64,000 bases of DNA, taken from the NCBI GenBank assembly GCA_964106915.2, contig OZ066919.1. The stretch is one strand, 5' to 3'. Below the pieces are notes generated by a model. That model did no database searches, had not been told where the DNA came from, and saw only the letters and a program-made list of their open reading frames with translations. The translations under genes and the position numbers were made by a program. Below are positions 51,708 through 64,000 of the stretch, piece by piece. The stretch comes from Podarcis gaigeae. Lineage: Eukaryota. The stretch's first letter is position 1. Every line of letters starts with the position of its first letter.

Positions 51708-52315
51708 CTGTTAAAGAAAACAAATGGGAATTATTTGTAAATCAAAGCACTTTACTACTTAGTAGGCTACCATCATCTCGTCTAAAAGAACATCTGTGTC
51801 TCATGCTTCCTCCAACATTTGCCAATCTGAAGAAGAGTAAATTAGGGCTAATCCAAAATTGGAACACTGCACTCCTGACAAATGAACAGCAACCAATCAT
51901 TTAGACATGAAACAGAAATGTACACGTTAGCATGCCTGGAGAGCTGCGTAAAAAAATGTAAGCATTTCTTAAGGATAGCCACCTGCAAAAGAAATACTTT
52001 TTGTCTCCCCCAGATAAATCACAAGCATCAAGACAAGAGCAAACCTTGGCTATAACTCCTGGACTGTCTGGAACAAGACAAACCATGTGCCTAGGTTTGG
52101 CTGTAACGCTAAGGCTGACCATGGCTTAAGCTCTAGCTGGTGTGGCAGCCAGAGGACTGGGAGTGGACCGAAGTGGTCACGATTTCTGCTGTGAGTACCT
52201 GCACAGTTGCGCATTCACACTCAGCAATTGCTTGGCTTAGCATTACATGTGAACTAGGCCAGCAAAAGGCCATCTGTCGTTAAATGTTCAATTTAAACAG
52301 AACTTTTAACTGTAC

Positions 52316-52477
52316 CTCAAAATTTTGTTCCATCAAGTTTCCACCTTTACTCAAGCTTTCCATAATAGCCTTGTTTCGAAGAATATCTTCCTCACTGAGA
52401 TGTTCCCGTCTTTTCCTTGATTCTAAGACAAGTCCATTAACCAGGTAGAAGTCTGCCAAAAAGTTTCCTACCCTTTC
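52316..52477 (-). CDS. ANKRD13C: ANKRD13C exon 9 (162 nt)
   Basis: ERVGNFLADFYLVNGLVLESRKRREHLSEEDILRNKAIMESLSKGGNLMEQNFE; CAG / GTACAG. Confidence 0.96.
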
Positions 52478-52803
52478 CTGCAAACACACAAAAAATAAAA
52501 CACATGAAGTATTTGAGCCAAAATGCAAAACGTCTACTGAAACTCATCTAGTCTTTTCATTTGTTGTCTACTTGCCAACTGCTTATGTTCTTAACCCTAA
52601 TGTCACATTTTCATATATTTCACTCGCTTTTCTTATAACCCTAACATTTAACATCCTCCCTTCTCCCAATCCGGATGACTGGGAAAGCAAAACTGACAGC
52701 CTATATGTTTGTCCCACATTTCACCTGCCTTGCAGACGTCTTCCCTGGGGCACACTAGCACAGGATGGATGGATGTCTTAAAATAGTTATTAAAAAGTCT
52801 TAC

Positions 52804-52935
52804 TGTTTTATCTTCTCGAAAAAGCCATCCTGTTTGGGCACGTGTGAAGGTGATTGATTTGGTTGATAATGTTGCTGAATAAATATCGCTGCTCATCAAA
52901 ATGTCAACTTCCTCCTCTGTTTCCATCTCAGATTC
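52804..52935 (-). CDS. ANKRD13C: ANKRD13C exon 8 (132 nt)
   Basis: ESEMETEEEVDILMSSDIYSATLSTKSITFTRAQTGWLFREDKT; CAG / GTAAGA. Confidence 0.97.
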
Positions 52936-53640
52936 CTGAAAAAAAGCAAGAATATTAATTGTGGTTTGGGTTTTTTCCAAATTGTTTAAACAGATTTGTT
53001 ATCCTCTCCCTGTCCAATTTCTGCCTGAAATAAATAGAAGCCTTCCAGTAATTATTCCATTAGGTAGCAGCCTTAACCACAGTGAGTATGAGTAGACCAT
53101 ATCTCCCACTGATACACATTCTCAGGTACAAGATTACTCTCCATTTGATTTCAGCTTCTTTCTAAAGCTACGCATTCACATGTTGCCTTTGGAAACCTTC
53201 CATGCAAAGTAGTCTTCTGCAGCCTCCTGATTTCTCAGACCCTAGATGTACATCGTATTACTGTCACTGCTACATAAGTAATAAATATATTTTGGGAGGA
53301 CATTAGCAATCTATATGGGAAAGGAGTTTAATATTGTTTGCAGCAGAACTGTTAGGCAACCAGGTATCCTGCAAAGCAATACTAAACATAAGAGAAAAAA
53401 CGGCAGTGGAATTATAGCCCTCCTCCATACATGTCTACTGTGTTCAATGGAAGCGTTCCCAAGTAAGGGCACAGAGGACTGCAGCCTTACATGTCTGATA
53501 CCAGGCAGACAATATCTTGCAACTACCTTGTACACTTTTTAAGCAAGTCATTTATTTGGTGCACAAAACAGCAGGAAACATATTTTGCTTTGTTTTTGAG
53601 TAACATTGTGAAAGATTTTACTAGCGGTGCTGCAGCTTAC

Positions 53641-53785
53641 CTCGTGATGTATTCGCTGGTAAACTTTTTGTTCGTTGTCTAAAACTACAAAGGATTCAGA
53701 GGGTGCAGCATCACCGTTGAAAATGAAGCTCAAGTCCCCTCGTTGGCACTTCATGTCAGTAAAATCTATGAGTGTTGTGTCAAGC
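53641..53785 (-). CDS. ANKRD13C: ANKRD13C exon 7 (145 nt)
   Basis: LDTTLIDFTDMKCQRGDLSFIFNGDAAPSESFVVLDNEQKVYQRIHHE; CAG / GTAAGC. Confidence 0.97.
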
Positions 53786-55841
53786 CTGGGGGAGGGGGGA
53801 ACATTCCAATACTTCAGCTGATCCAGAATATTAGTTCACAAAATTCTACTAATAACCAGTGAGATTTGATTATTATTTTTAGAAGCAAGATTTGTAACAG
53901 ATATCAGCCCTGTTTGGGTGTGCTATCTGTATGCAAAGGCAACATACAAGCAGGGATGAGTGTGCTAAGATCTGCCCCCAGCATCACTCTGCCCATCACC
54001 CTCCAAAAGAAGAGGGTGAGGTAGGAAGAAGGGAGCCTCCTCTACTCATGGAGTAAACGTACTACTCATGGAGTAGACTCATGGAGTAATTTAGAACCCT
54101 GCAAAACTGGGGTCGCCTACAACCCTCGGAATGACTTTTATCCATCCGCTGAATGGGGTTGGCTAAAATGTGACAGAAGGCAGCAAAAACTGTTTGGCCA
54201 CCTTCAGCGAGAAGAGCTTCTGCTCACAGAAGATGCCTCTACCCAATTTTCAGCAATCATTTCTCTTGCCTGCTTTCCCCACAGCATCCTGTGCTAGAGC
54301 CCAGTGAGGTCTCCTGACTGCTGGGAGAGGCAGGGATGAGGCAGTTCACTCCCTTCCATGCGCATTTCATTGCATACAACCCAAAATATACAACAAGATC
54401 TTGTCCTATCAAATCTTTTGAGTCTCTGCCAAAAGAAAAGAGAAAATATTCCTACAACAGAGAACTTCTGCCACTACTACTATGCAAGTTCTGTTCAGAG
54501 AATTCTAGTGAATTCACAAGATCAGAGCAGGTAAAGCTGAGAAGTTTAGCTTTAGCAGAAGAACAAACTTGCTGATGGTACATGTCTGAATAGAGAATTC
54601 CTGTATATGAAAAATTCTCCACACGCAGTACAATAAGGTGAATTTTAACAGCTAACAGTAGGACTGAAATCTCACTCAGTTAAGAAGGTAGTGCAAAATT
54701 TCCATTAGATTAAGAATGTAGCCAGACGAAAAAGTTTATTTTGCTTCTTTCAGTATTACACAGAATATATATTCCATTTAATTTAAAAGTTAGCAAGACG
54801 TGGAATTTTCCCTTTGACAAAAACCTGCTTAAATAGCAACATCTTTAGTTAAATGGAACCCAAAGTCATCTTGACTTGTTTAGAATCATCCAATCACGTA
54901 ACAGGCAGCTATGCCAATATTTGGCTACAGGTGTTTGTTTTAGAAGCAGCCATGCAATATTCACAGGATTTAAGGAGACCGTGCTGAAGATGGCCCCTAA
55001 GCAAGCACTAGCCTTAAAAAGTTAAATACGTAATTCACAAAGGGGTAGAGCGAGCCACTTTACAGAATAAATCTTATTCATCATTTGTCCAGTTGAGAGC
55101 TGAGAACATTAATAGTGAGAGAATCATGACTCTCAATAAAAGGCATTTCAGTAATGAGTTAATAGTCAGCTCACACTAACATCACATCACAGCACCTGGA
55201 ATAAAGCGGCAAAACATGCACAACTCCATTTATCTGGAGATTCCCAATTATGAGCAGGCCAACAATGTAAACACAGCTACGCAGACCACTGGTAACTCTT
55301 GTACAGTTGTCTTCTTTAAATAAAGAAGTATTGGAGTTTATTACAAAAAAACTCCAATACTTGTAGAGTTTCTTTAAAGAGTTGGAGCTCATGAGCCCAA
55401 CTCCACACCAGCAGGGGGCTGTGCAATTTTCCCTCTTAGTTGCAACTCCTTACACTATGTTAGATGCCACTCTGCACAGCAACGTTTTGGAACATTAAGG
55501 CGACTGCAAAGGAAACACAGATCAAAAGGCTCTGTGAATGGGCAGTGCATGGCCTCTACATCTTATGCTCCTCACCCACATCACAACAAGGTATGAAATT
55601 TGGAAATGCATGAAGACATTGGCAATAGAATTAAAACTCAATATTTTAACATCATTACATTTAGTACAGTCCAGGGATGGGTAATTTGTAGTCCTTCAGA
55701 TGTTGTTAACTACAACTCACATCAACCCCAGTAAGTATGGTTAGCAGTAAAGGATCATGGGAGTCGAATTCCAGTAGCATCTGGAGGGCCACAGGTTTCC
55801 CATCCCCGGTGTAACCCTTCAAAGGTGAAGACTATTCTTAC

Positions 55842-55908
55842 CTGATATTTATACCTTGTTTGTATATTTTACATGCATCAGAAGGCAGGATTCGGGAAAG
55901 TAAAGGCA
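55842..55908 (-). CDS. ANKRD13C: ANKRD13C exon 6 (67 nt)
   Basis: VPLLSRILPSDACKIYKQGINIR; CAG / GTAAGA. Confidence 0.95.
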
Positions 55909-56134
55909 CTGCATTTAGGGTAAAAACGAGACCCTGTTACCATTAATGTCCTTCTAATGTATCCATTCAGCATACAGCACACAAAATAAAAACTATCAAC
56001 CAAATCATATATAAACACATCCAACAAAGCAACTAAAACAGAGCCATATGTAAAGCTATTAATCATGATAGCTGTATAGTACACCCATTGCCCATAGGCA
56101 CCTTTCCTCCAAATACCAGTCACTGCGGATTAAC

Positions 56135-56250
56135 AACATGAGAGGCCTATTGCTCCATGCCCTGCTTATTGGGTTCCTAGAGGTATCTGGTTGACCACTG
56201 TGGAAAGAAGGATGCTGGATTAGACAGGCCTTCAGTCTGATCCAGCAGCT
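56135..56250 (+). mobile_element. CR1-related 3' tail fragment; similar copies on the minus strand at about 13305-13380 and 17190-17400
   Basis: ATCTGGTTGACCACTGTG...AGGATGCTGGATTAGA...TCTGATCCAGCAG. Confidence 0.55.
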
Positions 56251-56560
56251 CCACTAGAATTGAAGCCGATAGAACTGTAACTAATTTAAAGAACGTAATC
56301 TCTTCCACCAAAGAGTGGGAAAACACATTTCAGGGCATGTAGGAAAAATCAACAAAAATTACATTTTCCTTCCATCTGCAGGAATCACCCAGCCATGAGT
56401 CCCCATGGGATCAGAGTCCCATCTGTGAACAGAAAGAACCTTTCGATTTGTGGAAGATGTCTGGATCAAACTCCAACTATGTTTGTGCTTTTGCATAACT
56501 ATCTACAACAAGTTTAGTGTCATTCCAAATAGCAAGTCTGTTCTGGAGAAATAAGTATTT

Positions 56561-56690
56561 AGACTGGATAGCTCAGTTGGCAGAGCACAATACTCTTAAT
56601 CTCAGGGTCATGGACAAAAAGATTCCTGCATTGCAGGGAGTTGGACTAGATGATGCTCGTGACCCCTTCCAACTCTAAAAGTATGATTTT
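56561..56690 (+). mobile_element. Squam3-like SINE (tRNA head + CR1 tail), internally deleted
   Basis: GATAGCTCAGTTGG.AGAGCA..TCTTAATCTCAGGGTC then CCTGCATTGCAGGGAGTTGGACTAGATGA..CCCTTCCAACTCT. Confidence 0.75.
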
Positions 56691-56713
56691 CATAAAAATC
56701 TTTAAAATCTTAC

Positions 56714-56759
56714 CCCAACTTTGAAAATCCCAGTGAAGTTCAAGATAGAAGTCACCTAG
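56714..56759 (-). CDS. ANKRD13C: ANKRD13C exon 5 (46 nt)
   Basis: LGDFYLELHWDFQSW; CAG / GTAAGA. Confidence 0.95.
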
Positions 56760-56947
56760 CTGAAGAGAAAGAGAATTTCTGTTAAATGTTAAGAAACTGA
56801 TGACTACTTTCATGTCCGTCCACCCAGGAAATGCTAGAAACCATAACTTTCATTTGGCCATGCTAAACTTTGGGGTAAGTGTGTATTAACTGAAGATTTG
56901 ATTTGCACACCTTTCACATTAACAGCTTTTTAAAAGAAGAAGAAAAA

Positions 56948-56977
56948 GGAGGAGGAGGAGGAGGAGGAGGAGGAGGA
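56948..56977. repeat. (GGA)10 microsatellite
   Basis: Directly visible. Confidence 0.9.
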
Positions 56978-58142
56978 AATTAGTCTTACTTGTTTTATCT
57001 ACGGAAATAGATAAAATAAGTAACATGATCAAAATAACAGCTCAAACTATACAATATCTGAATCAACCTAACCTTGCAATCAGATATAATATATAAATTC
57101 TATTACTACAACTACAACAGCTTGGCTATTATTTTTTTCAAATAATAACTATTTTTTTAGCAATACATTTCTCCTTTGAAAGCAGTCAGTGTAGGTGACA
57201 ATTTTTGATAGCTGCTCCTTAACCGAGAGCTTATGTTTGTAGAAAACGTCCTTCTGTGCAAGATAATAATTGCTATATGAAGCCATTCTTCTGAAGAACT
57301 AGTTATTTATGAAGCAAGGGAATCAACCATGAAATGCTAGCTAAGCTAAACAACTTTGACCCAGATCAACAAAATGAGGAACCTGTGGCACCTTATAGTA
57401 CATGGGTGAGGGATATCTAGAAGCAGCTGGAGAACGCATGATATAACAGAAAAACTTGCTTTGAATTGGAGACACTGAGTTTATGTACCCAGTTTATGTA
57501 CAAAGTTCTAAAACAGGCCTTCTCTGTCCATGGGAATTAGCATGACAAATGGAAACTGTGCAAATGCAGTTTTTCCTTCCCTCGAATGGAAACTGTCTCT
57601 CTCCTTATATCAGTAATTATGGTATGTTAGGAACTGATCTCTGGCTCACAGTTTAAATGCTATTCAAATATTTTAACATATTTACAACAGCTTCCAATTT
57701 CACTGGAACTTCAAAATGCAGAAGCTAGATGTAAATGAAGCATTATTAACCCAGCTTGACTTTAAAACCAAAATAGAAATGGAATTTTTTTCACAGTGAA
57801 GCTTAATCTTTAAAATCACAATTACGATCCACAGCAGAGACTTAACACTAAAACTCTACACCCGGAATTTAGAACATACAACCCATAGGCCATATCTAGT
57901 CACCAAGCCCTTTCTCTGAGTAGGGAAGATGTCACTGCTGCAAGGTAAGTCACTTACAGGTCAGTCATTCTAAGACACAGACTAGCAAGCAATATGCAAT
58001 TCAGCCAGCAATTCCCAGAAATAAAGGCCTGTGTTGAGTTTTTTGCACTTAATGAAGACACAATGGCAATCACACACAAATTGTCTGAAAAGTAATGACT
58101 CCATAATCTCCAATGTGGGTGGAAAAATCCTTACAAACTTAC

Positions 58143-58228
58143 CTCTTTCAGAGCTTTTAATAACCGAGGTCGCTTTTCCTCAACACTTTCCCTCGACTGT
58201 TGTTTCAGTTTCCTTAGAAGTGCTGTAA
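58143..58228 (-). CDS. ANKRD13C: ANKRD13C exon 4 (86 nt)
   Basis: ITALLRKLKQQSRESVEEKRPRLLKALKE; TAG / GTAAGT. Confidence 0.96.
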
Positions 58229-58348
58229 CTAAATAAATATACTGTAAGTCCAATGTAAAGGCAATCATGTTAAGCATCCACTAAGCTGGGAGCTGCCTTT
58301 ACAACCTTTTGTAATGGCTGGTGGCAAAAGAAAAATCAGCATCAATTG

Positions 58349-58574
58349 CAGGGCCACCTCTACTGCCGGCAGAGAAGCAGCGTCGGCATCAGCACCAATT
58401 ACAGGTGAGATCTTGCTGAAACCGCGCAAGATCTTGCACCCTCCACAAGATTTCACATAATTTTGGATGATACCGGTGCTGCTTCTGCAGCAGGGTGCCC
58501 ATGGGGCTGCCGCTTGGGGGCTTCTGCCACCTGAGACAGCCGCCATAGTCTGCCTAATGGCAGAGGCAGCTCTG
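58349..58574. mobile_element. hAT-type MITE
   Basis: TIRs CAGGGCCACCTCT/AGAGGCAGCTCTG; TSD ATCAATTG/GTCAATTA (6 of 8 match). Confidence 0.6.
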
Positions 58575-60072
58575 GTCAATTAGTAGCTTTTCGAGCTTTT
58601 CATTACTTAAGCAGTGTTGTCAAATAAATAAAACAAATTCAATCAAGTAAACCGACAACAGTAAGCCATATACTGCCATTCAGAGACAAATATACAAAGC
58701 TTTCATAGGGGCAAGTGAAAGATCTCAGAATACCAGGTGTTTCAGTGTTACTGAAAGTGTGATCTAATCAGTAATCTGGATCGGAGATCACTGGGAGTCT
58801 CATAAACATGCACAAAGCCAACATGTGTGCTTTTCCTGAGAGTGCCTTTTGGAAATGAAGCAGTTACAGCAATGTTGTTTCCTCTTCAAAACCTCTGGCA
58901 TACAATTCCCAGACTGTTTTCTGAAGGAATTTATACAGCAATTTGGGGTTTCTGTAAGGGAGTTTTCATTAAGACATTTCCAAATTCAGATACAAACATG
59001 CTCCTCTCAGCTTTGACTATAATGCTAATGCTCCTTATGCTTAAAATAATCCCTCATGTAAGTTCTGGAGCTGTACATCAACACACCATTGATCAGGCAC
59101 ACTCAACTGCTAACCTACAGCGTAACATTTGATATGCTATATTTTACTGCACTTGTATATAATTAAATGAATAAATCACCCACCCTGAACATTATATGTA
59201 AGTAGCAATGCAAAAGTTGTAAATACAGCTTTGGAACGTTACATGTAATAAATAAAAAATTGATACGTAAGTTATATTAAGCAAGAGTAGCTTGCATTTT
59301 AAATCAAACTCTCAGTAATTTCTGCCAAATAAAACCAGAAGTTTATATTTGAACTGAAAATGATATTCATTAATCATGAAAGACTTTATCTTTACAAAAG
59401 CTTGAGAAGCAAGATAAATCAAGCAAGTCAGGTTTTTATAATTTGGGAACATTTCAGTTGAGAAGCAGGATAATGTAGCACCACCACACTGCCTTCTTAA
59501 AGAATGAGAACTCCGAACAGCATAGATTTCAACACTTGCTGGTTGACTAACTCCTACCTAACGACAACAAAAGTGCAATGCTGCTCTTGATTTAGTCATA
59601 CTTATTGCTAGTGTCAGTGTTAACCTTAAACTATGCTTATGACCAGGGATAATAGATGAATGAGGAGGAGAGCTCCAGTGAGCAATTCCTGATCTAATAA
59701 CCATAGTTAAGTAGTAGACAGCTTTACCTCTGAATCTAACCTAGTATTGGCATTGTTGTTGTTGCAACTGCCTTTCACACTATGGGGTCCCAGGGTGGGC
59801 TACAGCAAATTAAAATACAATAATAAAAACAGAAAATTGGGTCCTAAATCATTTAAGGCTTGAATCACTAATGTGAGGAGCTTGAGGTGGGCCTGGAATT
59901 ATCCTGGACAATCTACAGCAAAGCCTAACATGAGCACTGGCCTTTTAAAATTATCTCAAGATTAGGTGTTCATGATCTGCACATTTCAATCACAATCTGC
60001 AGTAAGCTGATTTTAATGACTAAATGGATTTCCTGTATTTATGTCCAGACAACCAGGATGATAGTTTCTTAC

Positions 60073-60177
60073 TCATTTGTCTATCTCCATAGCTGATGGC
60101 TTCTGCGAGAGGACTCCATCCCTGAGCATTTTTCACTTTCACAGGAGCATTGTGGGCCAAAAGCAGGTGGGCACATT
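60073..60177 (-). CDS. ANKRD13C: ANKRD13C exon 3 (105 nt; ankyrin repeat)
   Basis: ECAHLLLAHNAPVKVKNAQGWSPLAEAISYGDRQM; TAG / GTAAGA. Confidence 0.96.
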
Positions 60178-61439
60178 CTATAACAAAGTATGAGACAATA
60201 ATTATTTTCCAAATAAGACCATCAGATTGCTTCTCTGTGGAGCCACTTACCATTTGAAAAAAATACTGACATAAACAAGTTTTGAACTTACTGAAGTTTG
60301 AGCAGCACATAAAATCAAGCTAACCAATGACCTATTTTGCATTTGAAACAGTTTATGTAGCATTTGGTGCAAAGCAAAATCTATTAGGTGGTATCTGACT
60401 AAGTCATACTCATGGCTAATGTTAAGTGAACGTGATTTCAATGGGTCTGTTATATGACTTAGTTTGCATTCTTAACTATGTCTACTCAGAAGCAAGTCCT
60501 ATTGAATTCAATGGTGGTTACTCACAGGTTAAGTGGGGTTAGTCTTGCAGCCACAGCTAGATACAACCTAGTGTTTGAATTGTATCCAAATGATGTCTTT
60601 CTGCTGACAGAAGTCTCTGATCCAATAGAGGCTTCGATCAGCAGGACAGGGAGGTAGACTTTCAACAATTCCCAGAGTCCCCTGAGTAGCGCCCCCATCA
60701 CACAATCTATTCCTGGGGGTTGGGAGAAAAAGTTAGAACCTGTGGTACTATGATGATTTAGTGATTTATACCTTTAGGAACTATTTTGATTGAGCAAGTC
60801 AATCAAAAATATTTAAGAGCAGTTTCACTCCCTATGTATGCACAAATAATTATGTTTCTGAGATTAACAGGAAATGGTTCAACAGTCTTGACTGCCATAG
60901 AGGAAACCTAACCTGAATCCACCATACCTAATTAAACAAAGTACACTGAGCTGATGGGATTGTTTGGCGCTGTATCTTAACAAGGCAAACCAAGGAGACC
61001 AGTGGAAAATGAGGAATGGAGCCAACACTTATGGCTAACAGTTTTAAATTTATTGGGAATTACAAATAACTTTATATCCTATGCTACACTGCTATTCTAC
61101 TTGAACAAGAAATAAAAGCTGCCTTTTTAAACAAAAAAGTAAACTCAAAACAATTTAAAATGAAACGAATATAAACCTAAAACAAAATAAAAGCCATGGC
61201 ACACCTGCATCAGCACAACCAGGCACTTTCAACTACCCAAACTAAAACAAAACATGCCTCTCCCATATTGATTTCCAATGGTTTGACTTCATCCAGGCGG
61301 ATGCCAAACAACATAAAAGGCAGTCAAACACATCCCACCCACCAAGGGAAGCCACAATATCTTAAAATAAGATGCTTTGGTGCCAAGACCAAATATGGGT
61401 GCAAAGGAGAGGAAGGAATCAAATAAACATGAGCAGCAC

Positions 61440-61900
61440 AAAAATCAACAAGAGGATGAGGTAGTGACATTGGCCAAAAAAAAAGAAAGAAAAAAGCACA
61501 CACAATGCAAATCAGAGGAAAGATAACAGAGCAAGTAGTATGAATCTTAAGGATCAGACTGAGAGGGTGAAAGCAGAAAGTGAGAGCTTCTCTCAGGTGG
61601 AAATGCTGAAAGAGTGATTAGATTAGTAGGAACAGTCAGAGAAACCTCAGGCATGAAGAGTGTCAGGCACAAGAGGGTAATCAACAGTATCAAAAGCAGT
61701 AAAGTCAAGGATAAGTAGAAAAGGGAAGACAAAGCAATTTTGCTGAGGTCATTTGACAATAGGGTACTATGTGCAGAATACAGATTGTAGTGGATCTAGA
61801 CAGAGCTGAGCCAGTTTGATCCTGGAGTCTGAGGGTAAAGGGTGGAAAGGAAATTAATGGAGAACAACCGATTTCACAGTAAGGGAACAACAGACGTTAA
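61440..61900 (-). mobile_element. Old L2 LINE reverse-transcriptase fragment
   Basis: Frameshifted minus-strand motifs LDPLQS, HST..SNDL and DFTAFDTVDY, matching the L2 RT pattern LDPLQSGFR..HST..NDL..DLSAAFDTVDH. Confidence 0.75.
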
Positions 61901-63058
61901 GTGGGAAAGCACCTGCAGTGTTCTTGTTTCTAGGATCTACTATCCAAGAATCAATTCCCAGAGAATATCTGCTTTCAGTGTCGATGGTTATGACAGCAAT
62001 GCCTTCAGGATAACAAATGAACTTTCCACTAAAATTACTTAACTGGCAAATGCAGGAATCTTTATGCCCGATGTTCTTCTGACTGAGCTATCCCGCAGGG
62101 TCTACGTTACAAATTTCTAATAACCTGAGAATCTTCTATCCAACACCTATTTAATACTGAAAAGGTATTTCAGGAACTGGAGAGGCAGAGGGTTAGAAGC
62201 TTCCACATCTGCCAGCAACGTACACTGCATTATGTTGCACTGGTAGGACCTGAACAGAGAATGAAGGCGCTTGTGCACCTGCTAGCAGCTATTTTACCCT
62301 CTGTGGAAAAGCCTCTCTCATAGTCCACAGTCCCCTGTTCTACAAAAGCTCTGATATGGCCTTTGTTGATTTTTAAAGAGGGATCAGTCTTTTTCCATTA
62401 TATTCTCCATTATTTCCATTATTAATATTCTAGCTTTAGGACCAATTATTATGACTAGCCTGGTTCCTAACTTGACTGGACCTGGAGAAAATGAAATGAA
62501 GGCAGCATTTCATTTATTTTTCTGAACTTTTGCAGATAGTTCGGAACAGCATCTCATAGCTTCTCTGCCTACCATACTTCATTCCAATTTATTTGGAATT
62601 TTCTCTTAAGTCACTGCAAGACAAGCAAGGGGCAATACAGACCGTTTTCTCTGTGCCCTCGCAATAAAGTAATAATGGTAAGGATTCAGGACTGGGCAAG
62701 GTAGACATGTGCAGGGAACTCCCCTCTCCATAACCTTCTGAGCAGCTCTTGCCATTCAGAAGCAAAGGGCACTGAAAAGCACAAGCGTGACCATGACCCC
62801 AGCTCACAGTAAAACAGCACTGGCTGCATTTTCACAATGGGCTCTGTGAAAGAGATGTGTTTCTTCTTCATCCAACTGCAGTTCCCAACAGCCGCCGCCA
62901 CCATGATCTAGGGAAAGCTATGAGAAGGTGAATTCTCCCCTTGTTTGCTCTGTTATTCCCTTTTCTATGTTTTGAGAAATATGATCTGGAGGCTCTAGTT
63001 CCTACGCTTGATGCTGCATACTATTTTTTTAAGTGAATATAAATTAAGTCTTACCAAC

Positions 63059-63100
63059 CTTTATGCCCCAGCATCACAGCCAGATGTAAAGGAGTGTTTC
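63059..63100 (-). CDS. ANKRD13C: ANKRD13C exon 2 (42 nt; ankyrin TPLH motif); exon 1 lies outside the window to the right
   Basis: GNTPLHLAVMLGHK; TAG acceptor; GTTGGT donor required by frame. Confidence 0.93.
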
Positions 63101-64000
63101 CTATTTAAATGAATAAACAAACAAAAAAGATTTTAAATCAGTAATCAGAATGAATAAAACATCAAGTTTCATGCTGATAAATGGTCCTAATATCAATTAT
63201 GAGTTAAATACAGCAAACCTACTATTGTCAATTTGACAATAATGAATAAGCAGTGTTAAATCACATGACAATTCACTTTGATACATTATCTGCATTGGGT
63301 CAATCTTCAGTTTTACTCCTGGGCAATTAAGAGGACAGGAATAATTAAAGAATATTGGAAAGAAAAAGAAAGAAATCAAGTGACATTCCATCACTCTAAA
63401 TTAATTAAGGCCTGTAAAGTCTCCAATGTTATCAAAACTGACGGATGTAGGTCACTACACATAAGGGATATATTCTAATAAAAAATTAAACAGCATGTTT
63501 TATTTATTCATTGCATAGATCCAGTTTTACAGACAAGGTATGTTATTAAAAGTACCTTAATGAAAACCAGAGAGCTTGAAGTCACTCAAAATACATAAAT
63601 ACTATAAAATATTACAGTAACAGCTTACAGTTATGTAAAAACAGAATTATGAGTATTGTATTGTTGCAATATACTTGAACAGAATTCACAGTGGACAGAG
63701 AAATCAGCTGCTTCAGAACCTTAACTTTTATTTTTACGGCAGTTAAGAAATGCAATGGCTGGAAAAATCAAAGAAGAATGAAAAGGTAAGCAGGACGCTT
63801 ATACCACCCTAAGGGTGGTATCCAACACTGCACTATAATGAACATACCATCTGCACAAGCATTGTAGATTGCCAGACAGAATTGTCTCCCCAATCCTTCT
63901 CTGCATGCTGTTCTTGGGTTTCTGCTGAGCCCCCCCACCCCCGGTTGCACTGGGGGAGGAGAGGCGGGAAATCTCTACTTTACAAGTGATAGTCCTTGAG

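Overview
Vertebrate genomic DNA, almost certainly from a squamate and probably a lacertid lizard (Podarcis-type Sauria/POM SINE, Squam3 SINE, TA-flanked CAGTGGTACC MITEs). It carries the conserved syntenic block LRRC40 (minus strand; coding exons 1-14, last exon off the left edge), SRSF11 (plus strand; complete 12-exon CDS of 458 aa, head-to-head with LRRC40) and ANKRD13C (minus strand; exons 2-13, tail-to-tail with SRSF11). All exons were placed by hand from GT-AG sites and reading-frame phase. Introns hold CR1 and L2 fragments, SINEs and many Tc1/mariner and hAT MITEs. The most interesting region is SRSF11 intron 2 (24193-28354), which has no recognisable young TE. It contains a candidate 18-nt in-frame microexon with an SRRM4-type UGC, at least two stop-containing (poison) exon candidates, RBFOX motifs, and two odd-sized N blocks that look like masked ultraconserved sequence. 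Other points: a SINE whose target-site duplication copied a branch point, a 4-nt-shifted donor that creates a stop in ANKRD13C, a hybrid first/internal SRSF11 exon, and a possible alternative last exon of ANKRD13C. Gene identities and family names come from recognition, not database searches.
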